This document shows positions 29,836-44,169 of a stretch of DNA of 64,000 nt, piece by piece. This DNA comes from Eledone cirrhosa (Eukaryota): contig OZ024742.1 in assembly GCA_964016885.1 (NCBI GenBank), positions 298,654,001 through 298,718,000 of the forward strand, written 5' to 3'. A program made the translations under genes and the position numbers. The first letter of the stretch is position 1; each line of letters starts with the position of its first letter. The notes under the pieces are model-generated. The model was not told where the DNA came from. It ran no database searches and worked only from the letters and a program-made list of their open reading frames with translations.

Positions 29836-30674
29836 TTAAAAACCTTCCATCATATTTTTTTCTATGATCCTTCGTTAAGTTATGTTCCAATCGCCAGCTT
29901 AACACATAGAAAGTTAGTTATAATAGTAAATCTCTCGAAATATGTAATTATTTTCAAAATCATTTGAAACTCATAAGCAGTGGTTTTTCGTTAAAAATAC
30001 TCTAACAAATGAGTTTCATTTTACTACCAGGTAAGTAAATTTGTTCTTAAGTCTAACATTTCTCTTGTGACATTTATTTGCTATTAACACTGTCTAACAC
30101 CCAGATATCATTTGTATGTATATCTACTTATTATATCGATGTAACACGGTTTGGAATGTTGAATGTACACAGATCTTGTTTCGATTTGTGTTCTTTTTAG
30201 TGTGAGTATGTGTGTGTGATTTTCAGTGAGAAACGTTGCTATGGATACAAGATAAAACGAATATAAATTACCTTAATCCGCAGTGGTAATGAATCCTGTT
30301 ACTTTGCAGTAACATTATCTTTCTAAATAATACGTGAATTTCAGGACATTTGGGTAATAAACGTTATTGATTTTCATTGAACAGACCGAATCGTTATTTC
30401 GGGAAACGCTTTTAAGGGTTAAGATCTTGATTATTCTAATAAAAATCTTATAAAAAATTGCAAATCAATTTTCTGTTCTTAGAAACGAGGTTCCTTTAAA
30501 AGTACATTCTTAGTAAGGAAAAATATATAAGTAACTGCATATTATTGCTACTTATGTTACTGAATTGGATCGAAAGAAAAGTGTATCTGGTTGGAAAAAG
30601 TATTGAATCCCAGGTGCATATTTTCTAGACAGAGTAAAATATGAAGAGAATTAACAAAAGCTAACATCCTCTTG

Positions 30675-30825
30675 GGCGGTAAATTGCCAGAGTACGTCGG
30701 ATAGAATACTTTGATATTCGTTCCGGCTATCTGCTCTCTGAATTCATATCACTCTGAGGTCAACTTAGCCTTTCATCCTTTCGAGGTCGGTAAATAAAGT
30801 ACCAGTCTAGTACTAGGGTCGATTC
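30675..30825 (+). mobile_element. Degenerate SINE
   Basis: gcctttcatcctttcgaggtcggtaaataaagtaccag core. Confidence 0.65.
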
Positions 30826-33800
30826 TTCCACTCTCTGGAAGAATTCTGCTGTACTCAGGCCGGGCTCCGCCAGACTTAAAATGCCCAAGAAACGCCGTAT
30901 ATCAATAAGCCACCCCTATGATTCTATTATGAGTTACAGAACCATACATACAACATTCTCTATGTATTTAGTAATCTCAAATTACTCATTTACCCTCAAT
31001 AAAAAGTCCCTCGAATACTATACACTACCACGAGGGGGATATTCAACATCGTTAGAGTGTAGGACAAACATATGTTGCGATATTTTTTTATGACGCTCGG
31101 TGATCTAAGATCAAATCCCGCTGGGGAAAACTTTTCCTTTCATATTTACGAGGTTTAAAAAAATGTATGAATTCAGGGCGGCGGTGATATAGAATTGTCA
31201 GAATATTGGTCAAGGTACATTATAGCATTTCTTCTTGCTCCCAGCATCTGAGCCCAAATCTCACTGTCGTCTTTTTGGGTGGTAAAATTAATCCGTTGCC
31301 AAGTTAAACATAATCACCTGACTCTTGAGTGTCTTTAATGGTGTCCACCCTACTGCAAACATTCGGTTCATATCTCCGGTTTGAGTATACCCCCTTCTAT
31401 TCACCCGACCAGTCTGAGGCCCTGGAAAATGTCATTGCACTACCATTCCCCGATTAACAATATATATAAGCGACATTATGTTGTTCCAATAGTAAAATGT
31501 ATTGACTGGAAAATTCTTTTAATGATTAGGTTGATAAGTTTTAAATTTATAAACATAAAATAGATATTTAATTAGATGAACTGTAAAACGTCTGTGCCTA
31601 TCAGATATAAAATAAACCAATAAAAGAAAAGCTATTCAGAATCAATGGCAAAAATAGGTTACTTTATCTGTACTGTGAAGTAAGATGTTTGGTTTACAAT
31701 AATATGGTTGCAGTTTCGATCCCACTGCATAGACTTTTGTAGAAAACGTCATTTACCATCGCCTCATGTCAATCCACACCCAATGAATGTGTCAGAGGAA
31801 TAATTCAGTAACTCACACATTCATTTAACTAGTAAGTATTTTCACTGGTTGAACAACTAGAACATTCATCTTCGAAACTGACGGCGGGTCATTAACTGCA
31901 TATATATATATTTTTTTGGCTCTTAAACATATTTCTTTCAATACAAAATTCCTAAAATCATCTACAATTTCAAAAATACTTAGATGAGTATTCATTATAA
32001 ATATGAAAAATATGATTTATATGTGAGTTTCGATTCTTTGATCTATGTTGCCTTTCCAACTACAATGCAGAATGCTTAATGATAGGGAGAAAACTGAATG
32101 CGATCATTTATATATGTTCTTATATATTATTACTCATGTTGTTTTTCCTCCACTCAAGAATAGGCCTCATCCAGAAAGCATATTTCAAACGTGGCCGTCC
32201 CCCCTTTTTACGAACACGTTAGACTACATTATCTAATGTGATTATCACAATTTATTTACGAAAGTAGGATATGTTTTAAGGGAGATTTGGCAGCTCCTTC
32301 TAGCATGTTGAACCATCGCATACAGTGTCCTTCATTGGTATGTTAAGATAAATGTGTTTGAGTAGATGGTAGAAAAGGAAGGGCAGCCCTCTGTATTTAA
32401 TTAGATGTTTCTAAATTATCAGTTCAATACGACAAAAGGCGATTTTGAGTAGTTTTGCTTTTTTTTCTTTGAACGTTGAATAAATGCCAAACACGTATCA
32501 GTTCATACAATCAACTACACCCTTATCCAAATTACCATGTACAAAAATCGATTAGAAATCATGTTGTGCTAAGATAATTTAGAGAACTATGAATTATTTC
32601 TTTCTTTGGAATACAAGGGTTCCAAATAACTATGTTAAAATAAACTAGATTTCATACAGCAATAATGCAAACGTTATTGACTTTCCGTAGATGCAGCAAT
32701 AACCCCTGTTGTAAAGACCATACAGCTCTCATCTTTTAAGGGTTGGGGAGTTTTGCGAACAGTTTCGCAGAAATAGAGATAACAAGTTCTTACAGATATT
32801 TTATTCCAGAGAGAAGCTGATCGTCAGATCAGACCAAGGGAGATATGTTTGCATTGGTCTGGTCGCAAAATCTAGCAAATTCTTAACAAGAATTCTCGCC
32901 CAGGATCATTTACCTCGAAGCAATGTTTATTTCTTTCTCAACAGGATAACTTTCTTATCAGAGTAACTGAAAACCGGCAACAACCACGGGTTGAGGACGA
33001 AGTAAACTCAGCTTGTACATATATATTGAGCCAGTAAAGTCCCCTGAGAATGACAGAAAATAAAGGGGGAGGTATCCTCAAACCAGAGATCTGAGCCAAA
33101 CGGTTTCAGTGGAGTAGACTCTATTAAAGGCATCCAAAAGATAGCTCTTGCTCCTAAACTGCTCATTGAATTATTTTAAAGCGATTGCGCCACAATATAA
33201 TTAGTTCAAAACTGAGTTTGAATTAAATACTCAAAGAGCCGGAACACACCACCAAGTATCACATCTGACGTAATAACAATTCCATCTATCCACCTAAGTG
33301 AACTGGTAATTAATTCTATAAAAACCGAAATAAAATAAATTTGACCGTGACTGGATATGAACTCGGTGGGCATATAGCCGAAACACATGCTGCTGTTTAT
33401 TTGGTTCTAAACTTTCAACCTCGCTAATTCACCATCTAGAACTTACTGTTAACTCTTCAGTGTTCCCTAAGATACTAACAAATATAATCTATTCTACTTA
33501 TCCAGGATAGATTAATCCCCTTTATATTATAGGTATGTTTTTTCCGAAACCTAGCTCAGTGAATAATCTTTGGTAGCCCTGATCAGAACTAGATTTCTAT
33601 TTAGGAGAACCCTTAAATAGAAACCAGCTCAACCCTCACGTTGAAAACCAACACAAATGCACAAATGAATATGTGCCATAAATATTCTCGTTGAACTATT
33701 TAGTGCTTTGAGTCTTCACTCTGAATAACGTTCATGGGAAATATATTCCATACTTATTACAACTTGAACTTCATCTGTCTTATTGTTCAAAATGTAAATC

Positions 33801-36720
33801 AATAACGGACTGAATTCAGTGATATAAGAGTGGTATAAGAATTAAATAACTAACATGAATTAATCAACTGAAAATATATTGAAACTTTATATCTCATGAA
33901 ATCATTAACTAATCTCGGATTAAATGTAAATTACCTTTACGATTCTTCTACACATTAGTCAGAGAACCTGTGCCTATTTTCAGAGACTTCGATACACGTC
34001 GTAGAGTTAGGGGGGGCGAAAGGTATACTTAAACAGGAGACATGGCTTGAATGGTTACACATATAGTTATCAAAGGGGGTAAACGAAATATATTGCTAGG
34101 TTTAACATGCTTATGTGTTGAATTATACAAATGCCACTGTCTCTTAAATTGTAACTTGAACCTCTTCAGAAATGTTATTCGAAAAATTGCAATAGCTGAA
34201 AAGATGAAATATTTAACTCCCGTCAAGTGACTCCTACGTTCTCATCTCGTTTCAGAAGTGGTTAATACAGATATTTAGTCTCAATTAGCTGGTAGCGCAG
34301 CGTTGTGAAAAGTGCCGTTCATTTGCTAGTGAGTAAAAAGCATAGTAGAAAATTGCTAATTAATTTGCAACACAAAATAATTCGAACTTGGGCAATAACT
34401 GCCGCCAAGGAAAATAATTCAGTAAAGATGTTAAACCTATTAACCAATGACAAAATGCATAAAATCGGTCCGGTCTTCAATATTATTAATGGTAATACAT
34501 TATTCTTTCCTCATACATATAAATAGTGGACTTAAAATGTAAATGACGCTGAGTTAACGATAGTTTCCCATCGCGAACATCAAATTGAATTTGGATGAGA
34601 AAAATAATCCTCGAGGGAAGGTTTTATTTTCTCGTAAATATAAAAGTAAATTGAATAGAAAATCAAACGAAGAAAGAGTTAGATTGGGTGAAATGTCTTT
34701 AAGTATGTGAGAAAATAAGAATTCGAGTTTATTTTCTTCAACATCTCATAGTTGTTTGCCTTCAATCAATATATGTGAGAAAAATATGAAACTATATTTG
34801 ATCAATGTCATAGGAAACTTATTGATTTTGTATTTATAATTATATTTTCACATGGGCAACGAGCCACACATTTCTAACAGACAAGTACATACGATTACAT
34901 TGGTATCAGAATATAACTATTACGTTTTTTTAGATATCTAAGAAGGGGGAGGGGTATATTAAACGAACGATATACTGCTGTGTACAATAACAGGCATTTT
35001 GTTTGATGATCTGAGGTATCTGCTATTCCAGAACATTAATTTTCAGAATATTAACATTCGCACTGCTAACTAAGATAGAAAAGTGTAGTGTCTCTGACCA
35101 TTTTCAGGGCCCCTAGACTGGTGAGCGGGAAGAAAGGTTCTCTTAAAGAGGCTTGACGTGAATGTTTGAAACAGAGTGCATTCCACTAAAGGCCCTTAGC
35201 TGTACTATATTTAATCCCGATTTTTTAGTGCTTTTTGGGGGGAGGGGGGGGGGGGGGGCAATTATTTGCAAGCATTCTGACTATGTCTTCGATTCACATA
35301 TACCCATTTAACTCCTATCAATTTCAAAGGCTCTGAAAAGGATCATGGGTACTTCCATCATAGGCTAAAGTATAAAAAAAGAGGTGATGGTGTTAAGCTG
35401 GGTGTAGGATTAGTTTCACCTGCCAGTAGGCAGAGTGGCATTTGGACACAATATAAATGGTCATCACTAAATACTGTAAGGCCTCTTGTTCACTATTTGA
35501 ATATTTTAAACTGGTCTACATGAAAGCTGAAGTGAACGTGATAATATGAAGACAAGAACCGGAAAAGATAAAGATGAAACATTGTAAAATCAATTACATA
35601 CATTATAAAGTTATCGAATTGTCATGATAGATTTCTTAGAGCAATGGATATTTGATCTGGATCTCTGTTCTCTAGATTCAAATTGTGCCGCGGTCTACTT
35701 TGCATCTTGTGCTTCCAGGATCAATATAGAAAGCAGCAACGTGGTCTTGGGGTAATCCTCCCACCTATCAAATCCTGAATGTCCCGTAGGACCAATGGAA
35801 GGAGTGTCGAGAGGTTGCCTGTCTGCTCGTGACTACATGAACACATAAAACAACGAAATTATTATTCAACGTGAACCTCTTCTCCATTGGGACTATTTCG
35901 GAACTGTAATACGGAAAGCTAAAGATTAATGATGTATCCTATTAAATGGTCACGAAATAAATGACTTGTTAACTAAAATAAAAAAATATTTTCAAGTATC
36001 ATGATTTTCGACAGGCATGTTTTCTAAAAGCATAAATCGTTATGCAAAATAAATAACAAAGAGCAAAACAAAATACACGAACATTCAAAAAACGAAAACT
36101 TAACTTGAAATGTGAGCTACTTCAGAATTCTAATGCACTTTTGTAAACATTTTAATAGTTCGTTGTCGTTTCATTTTCATTTAATAAGAGCTCTTGTGAA
36201 CATATTCAGAGAAAGATATGCAATGGCTGACGAGTGGAAAAAAAAAAATAAACAGCTCCAGAAAAATTTCCGAGAGAAGGGATCAATACCAACACATACA
36301 CTATTGAATCCTATTAGAAAGATTTCAAATCGTATTTTAAATCGTTTTATTGCCTGATATGATTGAAACATTTTCTTGCAGCTTGCACAGTTTGTCTTTT
36401 ACTACATAACCCATTCGCTTTCCAGAGGTCTTCACGAAAAAAGGAAAAATGATAAGGAAGATATCACTTGAGAAGACAATCGATAAAAAACGAGGCAACA
36501 CTTAGTGTTGCGGTAGTTTGACGTTAAAGAGCAATCAAATTCTGCTCTAGCAAAAAGAGCAAATAAATATATTTAGTAAAATCGACAATTTTTAAAACTT
36601 CAGAACAGTAATACAGACTTTAAAATAAATATAGTAAAACAGCACGAGAGGATAACTCACTTCAGTTACATCCTCCACACGCACATACAAACGTACACAT
36701 ATAGTATGGTTAACAATTAA

Positions 36721-36761
<41 letters not shown>

Positions 36762-36987
36762 AACACAGTCAGACATGTGGAAAATGAAAGAGCACTCAAC
36801 ATATGTCGTTTAGTCATACGTATTTATGAACCATTTGAATCACAGATTCATAACTGGAAGGAACACACCCCGAGGAAAACTTCTAAATGCGGAGACCTAA
36901 TGTATTCAGAAATAAGTATTTGAAAGGCCAGGAATGTTTCTTTCGTTTTTAAGATAAACCTTTATAAGCTATTGTATAGTATCTCTA

Positions 36988-37140
36988 AGGCGGTGAATTG
37001 GCAGAGTCGTTAGAACGTTGGATAGAATGTTTTGCAGTATTCATTTGCTCTCTCTGTGTTCAAATGCCACCGAGCTCAACTTTGTCTTTCATCCTTTTGC
37101 GGTCGATACAAAAGTACAAGTCAGGTACTGGGGTTGATTT
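36988..37140 (+). mobile_element. Degenerate SINE
   Basis: aaggcggtgaattggcagag..gttcaaatgcc..ctttcatcctttt. Confidence 0.7.
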
Positions 37141-38144
37141 TTCCTCTACGTCTCTTTTTCACTTCGATTCCTATTAATGTTTCTTAGTTGTATACTCTGA
37201 ACAACTAACTCTTTTGATCGTATTATATTTTCTAGACTGTGATATAATCATGCAGATTCATGTACGATGGGGTTAGGGGCACTGAAACAACACCAAGTCA
37301 CTCACTCGGGAAATATCGAAGTATGAATATAAAAATACATAATAGCTGTCTGATTGGGTCGTATCCATTGCATAGTAAATAAAATAAAAATATGTATAAC
37401 AGCAATAAAATAATTAATAAAGTGATGTAAAGATTCCAACATAATAATATATTTTTCATTGTATATGTATATATATATATTTATACAATAATATAATGTA
37501 GTCATTTTGTGCACACACGTATATATATATATATATATACACACATAATGTGTGTAAAAATGTGTATATATATATATGCGTCTGTGTGTCTGTGAGTATA
37601 TCATGTGGTTGAGTCGGTGGAATTTTCCTGTCAATCAATATACATAACTATGTAAATCGGACATATTCACTATATTATAATACATTACAAATATCGCACT
37701 GAGAGAGAAATATATTACATGATATAAAATAGTGAGAGAGAGAGGACCAATAAAATTTTGCTGCGGTATTAGCTATTTGAGAACATCAATCTTTGTGGAC
37801 CGGCCATTGTTGCTTTACTGCATATGATCTGATGTCGTATTGTACTTCTTCACAGCAGACTTGGCATCGTATCAAGACAAAAGGAATCATTATTGCTTCA
37901 GGATATTTGGTTTGTTCACTGAAGACACTTTAAGGTATCAGAGTAATTTGAAATACATTTAAAAAACAAGTACAAAATATATTGTTTTCGACTCGAATGT
38001 GTTTAAAGTTAACATGCCATATAAGTTACTTAATATAAAATCTACTTTTATTGGTTTTTCACCCACCACGGTGACCACCTTTTTCCATTCTCTCTCTCTC
38101 TATATATATATAACATTATATATATATATAATATATATATAAAC

Positions 38145-38980
38145 ACTTATTGCGTAGGACGTACCTCGCCCTCAAACCCCATCATGGCCCGGTTTGGTAG
38201 AAAATGGCTTCAACATCCTTCTTTTCCCCACTTGCCGAACAAAATAGGGGAAACCCCAGCATACATAGGTAGATGTACTTCTTTTCATTTTCTCTTTATC
38301 TCTTCGTCTCACTTCCTTCCACTCCCTCTTCTCTTTCTTTTCTGTTTTCCTCTTTCGCCTACCCTGAGGAAGCCCATCGGGCTTTTGTGGCCTCAGTACC
38401 CCCACCCCAGTAAATACTATATAGCATTGGCCGAAAACGCAATACCAGCTAAAAATATAGCAGCTGCTTTAGACTCTAGAGATTTTATTTTTTTTAAAAT
38501 TATTTTTTCATCTCAATTTATTAACAATTTAATTTTATAACGCCCCACTCTGAAATTTCCCCAGAATTCTTTTTCGCCTGCTTTCTAATTTCACACACCT
38601 AATTTCACACACACTCCTTAGAATTTGCTGTATAGAATTCACTTTCAACGCTTGACCGGCTCCATCCACTCCCTCATTGTTCTACAGGCAAGTTCAGCCA
38701 CTCCCACCTACTGCCATGAAAGACTTAATTGTGTTTACAAGAAATTTTGAACAATCCTTTTGACAACTACAATCTTCCTATATAAGGAAGTACCCCTTGA
38801 AAAGTTCGGCTTTTTATTACCACGCTAAAAATTCTAATTTAGTCCAGAAATAGCCGTCGAAACGGCTTGAGCTCTGCCGTCGGGGTTTAACATTTTCCTA
38901 TTACCCACTCTACTACCCTAAGTATTGAGTACTCTGGTGCGTTATGGTCCATCTGGTTCCTTACCACACTTCCTTCGTTA
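38145..38980 (+). mobile_element. ORF-less PLE 3' UTR/pLTR island between (TA)n tracts
   Basis: TA-flanked, pyrimidine-rich, contains a full HHR near its 3' end. Confidence 0.6.
38792..38886 (+). ncRNA. Type I hammerhead ribozyme with U3-A8 core (UUGAAAA)
   Basis: acccc-TTGAAAA-g..cggct/agccg..c-GAAA-cggc[9]gccg-TC-ggggt; all three stems pair; GUC site. Confidence 0.85.
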
Positions 38981-39208
38981 TATATATATATATATAGATA
39001 GATTATAAATATGTTTAAGCCCTATAAGTTTGGATTAAACTTTAATCTGTTATTTTAATAAATATTTGCTCTACGGTTCTTATATATTTGATATATATTT
39101 ATCCTTATCGAGCCCTCTTTGTATTTTTTTGTCTTCAAATTTATTATTATTACTATATATATGTATATATATATATAATATAATAAAACATATATATGTG
39201 CGTGTGTG

Positions 39209-39430
39209 AAGGCGCATGGCTTAGTGGTTAGAGCATTGGCCTTGCAAACGGATGTTGTGAGTTCGATTCTAGGACTAAGACACTTTATTCTCACGTTGCT
39301 CCAGTTTAAAAAGTTGTAGAAATGTGTTGCGACGTCTCTGGCGCGAGGAGGCTGGTATGCTGGTCTTCCACAAGAGGGGAGACCTTTTAGGTGCAAATCC
39401 CATGGTCCTTCGTGACCGAAGAGGATCTTT
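39209..39430 (+). mobile_element. tRNA-derived SINE
   Basis: TGGCTTAGTGG A-box, GAGTTCGATTC B-box; matches the 54935 copy. Confidence 0.75.
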
Positions 39431-39467
39431 AATATATGTTATACATATAATATGTATATATATATAT

Positions 39468-39635
39468 TAGAAAGTGAGGTTTTTTTACAAAATGAAAAAA
39501 AAACGAGGTGTTCTACACGAGTGAAAGTATAAGGAAAAAAAATGAAAACGAAAATGCAACTGGAGTCTTTTTTTAAAAAGATATATATTTATTTGGTTCC
39601 TTTACCGGTTTCGCAGTTCTTCTGCTTTTCCAAAG
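39468..39635 (-). mobile_element. PLE pLTR fragment with degenerate U3-A8 hammerhead (39600-39635); paralog of 61459-61635
   Basis: Same start (TA)n-TTAGAAAGTGAGG; minus: ctt-TGGAAAA-gcag[5]ctgc-GAAA-ccgg-TA-aag. Confidence 0.7.
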
Positions 39636-39757
39636 TAGAATTGAGATGGAGGGTTTTGGGTTTTTCTCACATATATATATATTTATAAATATTATATTAT
39701 TATATATATATAAATGTATGTATGTATATACTATATATATATATATATATATATATA

Positions 39758-39962
39758 TTATGTTATATTTCGTAGGATATGAGTGGTCCACAGGAGCACT
39801 ATTTTCTGAATTTCTTCAATTTGGGGATTTCCTGGGATTTGAGATCGGTAATAATCACTCCCCTTTGCTGTTATTCCTACATCACTTACAATCACGAGTA
39901 TTGTTCTAGTCTGGGATATCGACATTTTGCCAATTTCTATTTGAAGATCTTTGTACCTGCTC
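39758..39962 (-). mobile_element. Dong/R4-type LINE 3' fragment (C-terminus of restriction-like endonuclease region)
   Basis: YKDLQIEIGKM..T..VIV..VG..KG...IPG....EIQKIVLL.T.HILR. Confidence 0.75.
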
Positions 39963-40659
39963 AAGTTTTGGTAGGTCTCGATTGGGAGAGTCTTGGCAAC
40001 GAAGGTTTATGACTATTTGTTTGAAATCCTTCTATTTATATCTTTCTTTCTGTCAGTTTGAACAGAAAAGTTAAATTCTTTGTCAAACACAGGATGTGGT
40101 TTCCATTCTAACAAATTATAAATGCTAATTAGGATCCACAACCTTGAAGTAAAATTTCATAATGAAATATATTACACAAAGAAATATTTGACACAATAAT
40201 TTTCTCTTTGCGCATTTAGTCGAATGACTAAGTGAACCAAGGATTATAGAATAAATGTTTCGAAAGACATTCTCTTAAAGAGATTAAATTGTCATCGCTG
40301 CTAAGATGTAAACATTTTATTTTTTAAAGATTAAGTCTAAAATTTAAATATTTAATCTAAATCCATCAATTTAATTTCTTGAATTACGAGAAATCCGTAA
40401 TTTACAGACTATCATTAAGCACCCAATCATAACAACTGTATCATGTTTATAGACGGTTATGCTGATTCCATAATTTATACTATTGCAACTTTCTATGAGA
40501 GATTGCTTTCATGCGCAAGCGCTTCATAATAACTTACTGCACCAGAGGTTTTATTGCCAGTATTTACTCTTCTCCTCTGATAGTGTAGTTATTTTAACTC
40601 TTTGCTTTCCTTATAATGCACTATTACATAGCCATAACCTTAATACATTCATGTTTGTG

Positions 40660-42385
40660 GAGTATATATACGCAGGAGTGAGGTGGGAGGAGGTAAAGTC
40701 GAGGTAGGAGTGGGATTCAGTAGGTTTGAAGAAAGCGGGGGGGGGGTGAGTGAGCGGTAGGAGGGGTCGATGGCGACAGAGATGGCTAAAAGTGGTGGGA
40801 TGCTATGGAGGTGGTGAAGTGGAGGAAGGGATGGGTGGAGCAGAGGAAAGAGAGAAAGGAGTCGAGCTGTTCCCGAGTGAGAGTCGTGGCACCGATACAG
40901 TCATCAATATAACGACTGTATAGATCGCGGGTGGGACTAATGTATTGGGCAAAGATTTGGGCCTGAACGTGGCCAATGAAAAGGTTGGCGTAGTTGGGGA
41001 CCATTCTTGTGCCCATGGCTACCCCAGTAACTTGCCGGTAAAATTCACCCTAGTAGGAGAAGCAGTTAAGGGTAAGGACCAGCTCGGCGAGGCGGTGGAG
41101 GGGGAGGGGCGAGGGTGAAGGTAATGTTGGAGGCCATGTAGGCCGTCGGCATGGGGGGATGATGGTGCAAATGGATTTTATATATAAGATGAAGAGGAGG
41201 GGAGTTGGGTCGGGTGGAAAGGTGAAGGATTCGAAAAGGCGGAGGGCTTGGTTGGTGTCGTAAATATGGGAGGGGAGGGCGGTGACACGGGGGGCAAGGA
41301 TGGACTCGAGGAAGGCAGAGATTAGTTCAGTAGGGAAGTTGCAGGCGGAGACCATGGGGTGGCTGGGGGTGTCAGGTTTGTGGATTTTGAGGAGGAAATA
41401 GATGGTGGGGTGTGAAAGGGCGTGAGGAGTTAGGTGGGTCTCAGAGATGGATGGGTGGGAGGAGGTAGTGGTTAAAGGGAAGGCGTGAATTAAGTTTGTG
41501 GAGCTTGGTAGAGATGAGGAGAAGAGATCGTGGTTGAGGTTATGGATGAAGAGAATGATGGAGTGGGTGAGGAAGGGGTGACAGGTAGAGCGGAGGTGAA
41601 GGAGAGTTTGGGGGTAGGTTGTGGTCGAGGCTGTGGATAGTAGAGAGGGAGGAGCGGAGTGAGGTTGTGTTGGATTGAGGGTGACGAGAAGGGGGATGTG
41701 TGGAAGTGGAGTCGGAATTCATAGGGGATGAAGTGGAGATGGAGGCAGCGGCTGAGGAATTGGATGTAGTTGGAATGCCGGGTCTTAGCGAAGAGGAGGT
41801 AGAAGAGCTGGAGGGCGGGAGGAGTGGGTTGAAGAAGAGTTTGAGTCGGGTGTGAAGTTGGTGGTGGAAGGATTTCAGTTTAGGCATAGTGGGGACGGGG
41901 AGTCTAAAGGGGGAGACGGTGGTGAAAAAAAACGAAATGAAAACAAATAAAATGGTGGAAAGCAAGGGAAGGAAACAGGCAAATGCAAAAAAGATAATAG
42001 AAAGGGGAAGGAAATCAAACCGAATGGGAACAAAGGCAATTAGGAACATATCGGAAAAAAATTTAGACGGAAGCCAAGAGGGGAGTGACGGTAAATTGTA
42101 GCGATGTTGAGCTGGTGACAAAGATCCTACGGGAGAAGACTTGTGGATCGGTGGTGATCTGTTGTAATCCAATCATAAGTAATATCCAAGACGTTGAGGT
42201 AGGAGTCCGTGAAAGCGTGGTGAAAAGGACAAACAAACAAACGCAGCAGTCAATAGTACATAGTGTTATTAACTTCACGCTTGGTGAGAGTGGTAGAGGT
42301 TACGACATTTCGGACATAAATCCTTCACCAGGAAAGTAGGGAGGAACTCCGAGAAGAAGTGAAGAGGGCAGTAAGGAGGGAAGTT
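40660..42385 (-). mobile_element. Decayed Neptune/Penelope-type PLE (N-terminus to RT)
   Basis: KIHKPDTP.HPMVSACNFPTELISAFLE.IL.P..LPSHIYDT; GVAMGTRMVPNYANLF; RYIDD; frameshifted. Confidence 0.85.
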
Positions 42386-42455
42386 AACATAAAGAACATG
42401 AAAGGACGGTAAAAATAAAAATAAATAAAAACAGAAAAAAAATAGAATCAACGAG

Positions 42456-42486
<31 letters not shown>

Positions 42487-44169
42487 GAGAGAGAGAAGGG
42501 ATAAATAGATTGTCCTCGCCGTAAAACCAAAATGCATTTCAGAATATTTAGAACATCTTTACAACCGTCGTATTTTGTTTTACATTTGTGTTCCGTGAAC
42601 ACGTTTTTGAGTCCATAGCATAACAGGCCGCCCACACTCAGCACATTTATTATAATAGAGATGTTATTGTAGCCAACGTTTCATTGAGTGATATATTGTT
42701 GCTAAAACATAAAGATAAGAATAACTCCATCTAGGATTCTGTGAGAGTGAGAAACCATCAACAAGTTATTCAAATTTACACACATAATTCCCGATTAAGT
42801 AAATATACATAGGAAGTATAAATATGTTACGATCTACTGATCTTGATAGTCAACACGGAGGCAGAATCTGAAATTATATTTGTCAGAGTCAAGTGGGAAT
42901 TTCAGCTTAAATACAGGCTATAAAGTCTTAACTAATAGCTTTTGAGATACATAGCGTGTAAAATGGTTTAGTGATCTTGTCAGCATTATCTTCTACGTGA
43001 TAATAGTACTTTAGGAGGAGCATGCGGCTAATGAAAACCAGATGCACTGCTTCAGTTTAACTGCTACGTTAGGCGACACACATGTATTACCGGGTTTTAA
43101 GTCGTTTCAGTGTAAAGAAAATACCATATTTCATCAATGTCGCCAACACAATTCTGATGCTGTTTCTTCAATAAACTGATACATTACTTGATTACTCACT
43201 TGTGTGAGATGTTTTGGATATAAACTTAGCCAAAAACCATTAAAAAAAATTGTTATAAAGATGACAATTCATATACAACATTCACTTAATTTGATTTCTA
43301 GCTAAAATAACTTCTATTTCTTAATGCACTTATTTCCAATAAATTTCATAAGTAAATGTTTATTCAATAACGATGTGTAACATCGGTTTAAATTATTTCT
43401 GTTATAATTTTCCATATTGACATGTGAACACTCATTTTTTGTTATATATTCTTCATACAGCAAAAAGTTTCGGATTACAAATTCAATAAGTTAAATAGTC
43501 GTCATTAGAAGAAAGCAATTTCAGTCAAGTTGATCTAGACAAAATTATATCGGATGTTTCATGTTTAGATAAATACCGACGGTAAATACATTACTTTAAT
43601 TGCAACGTTGTTACTAATTTAATATACCCTACCTCGTGAGATTAGATATAACAACAAGAAAAATAATAACAAACAAAGATGAAAGACAAGAGGATTATAT
43701 GAGAAGGATGTGCAACAATTAACATATAGTAGATTAATAGGATCCACCAGACACCACTGTGTTATAATGATAGTATATAGCATTATAAAATGATAAAAAA
43801 TAATATTTTCAATACCATATTTTATTGTGATATAAATGTTGACATTTTAATTATGTTAGTAGAGACAATTTAATAGTCTTTTAATTAAAATAAGGTGTTT
43901 ACGAGATTTCAATGTTATTTCATAATGATCAATAGAGAATTGGTTTAAAAAATAAAAAAAACAAGTAAAAGAGTTAAATCATACTCAAGAAAAATCATAT
44001 ATCTATCAAAAGAAAACATATTCCAGAAACCTTATTCGTTATAATAGACTGATAACGAAATATAGAGAAATAATTGAATAAGCCCTTCCTATACTTTCAA
44101 GCATGCCACTGCCTGGAAAGTGTCTGGGTGTGTGTGTGTGTGTATGTGTGTGTGTGTGTGTGTGTGGGG

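Noticed and set aside
32680-33420. Possible ancient LTR-retrotransposon remnant on the minus strand
   Set aside because: Only vague peptide resemblance; too degraded to support
34200-34530. piggyBac-like peptide NDKMHKIGPVFNIIN
   Set aside because: A single short resemblance; no TIR/TTAA ends or further motifs identified
38360-38450. CTGAGGA followed by hairpin agccc/gggct
   Set aside because: Not followed by GAAA and a closing stem in the correct geometry
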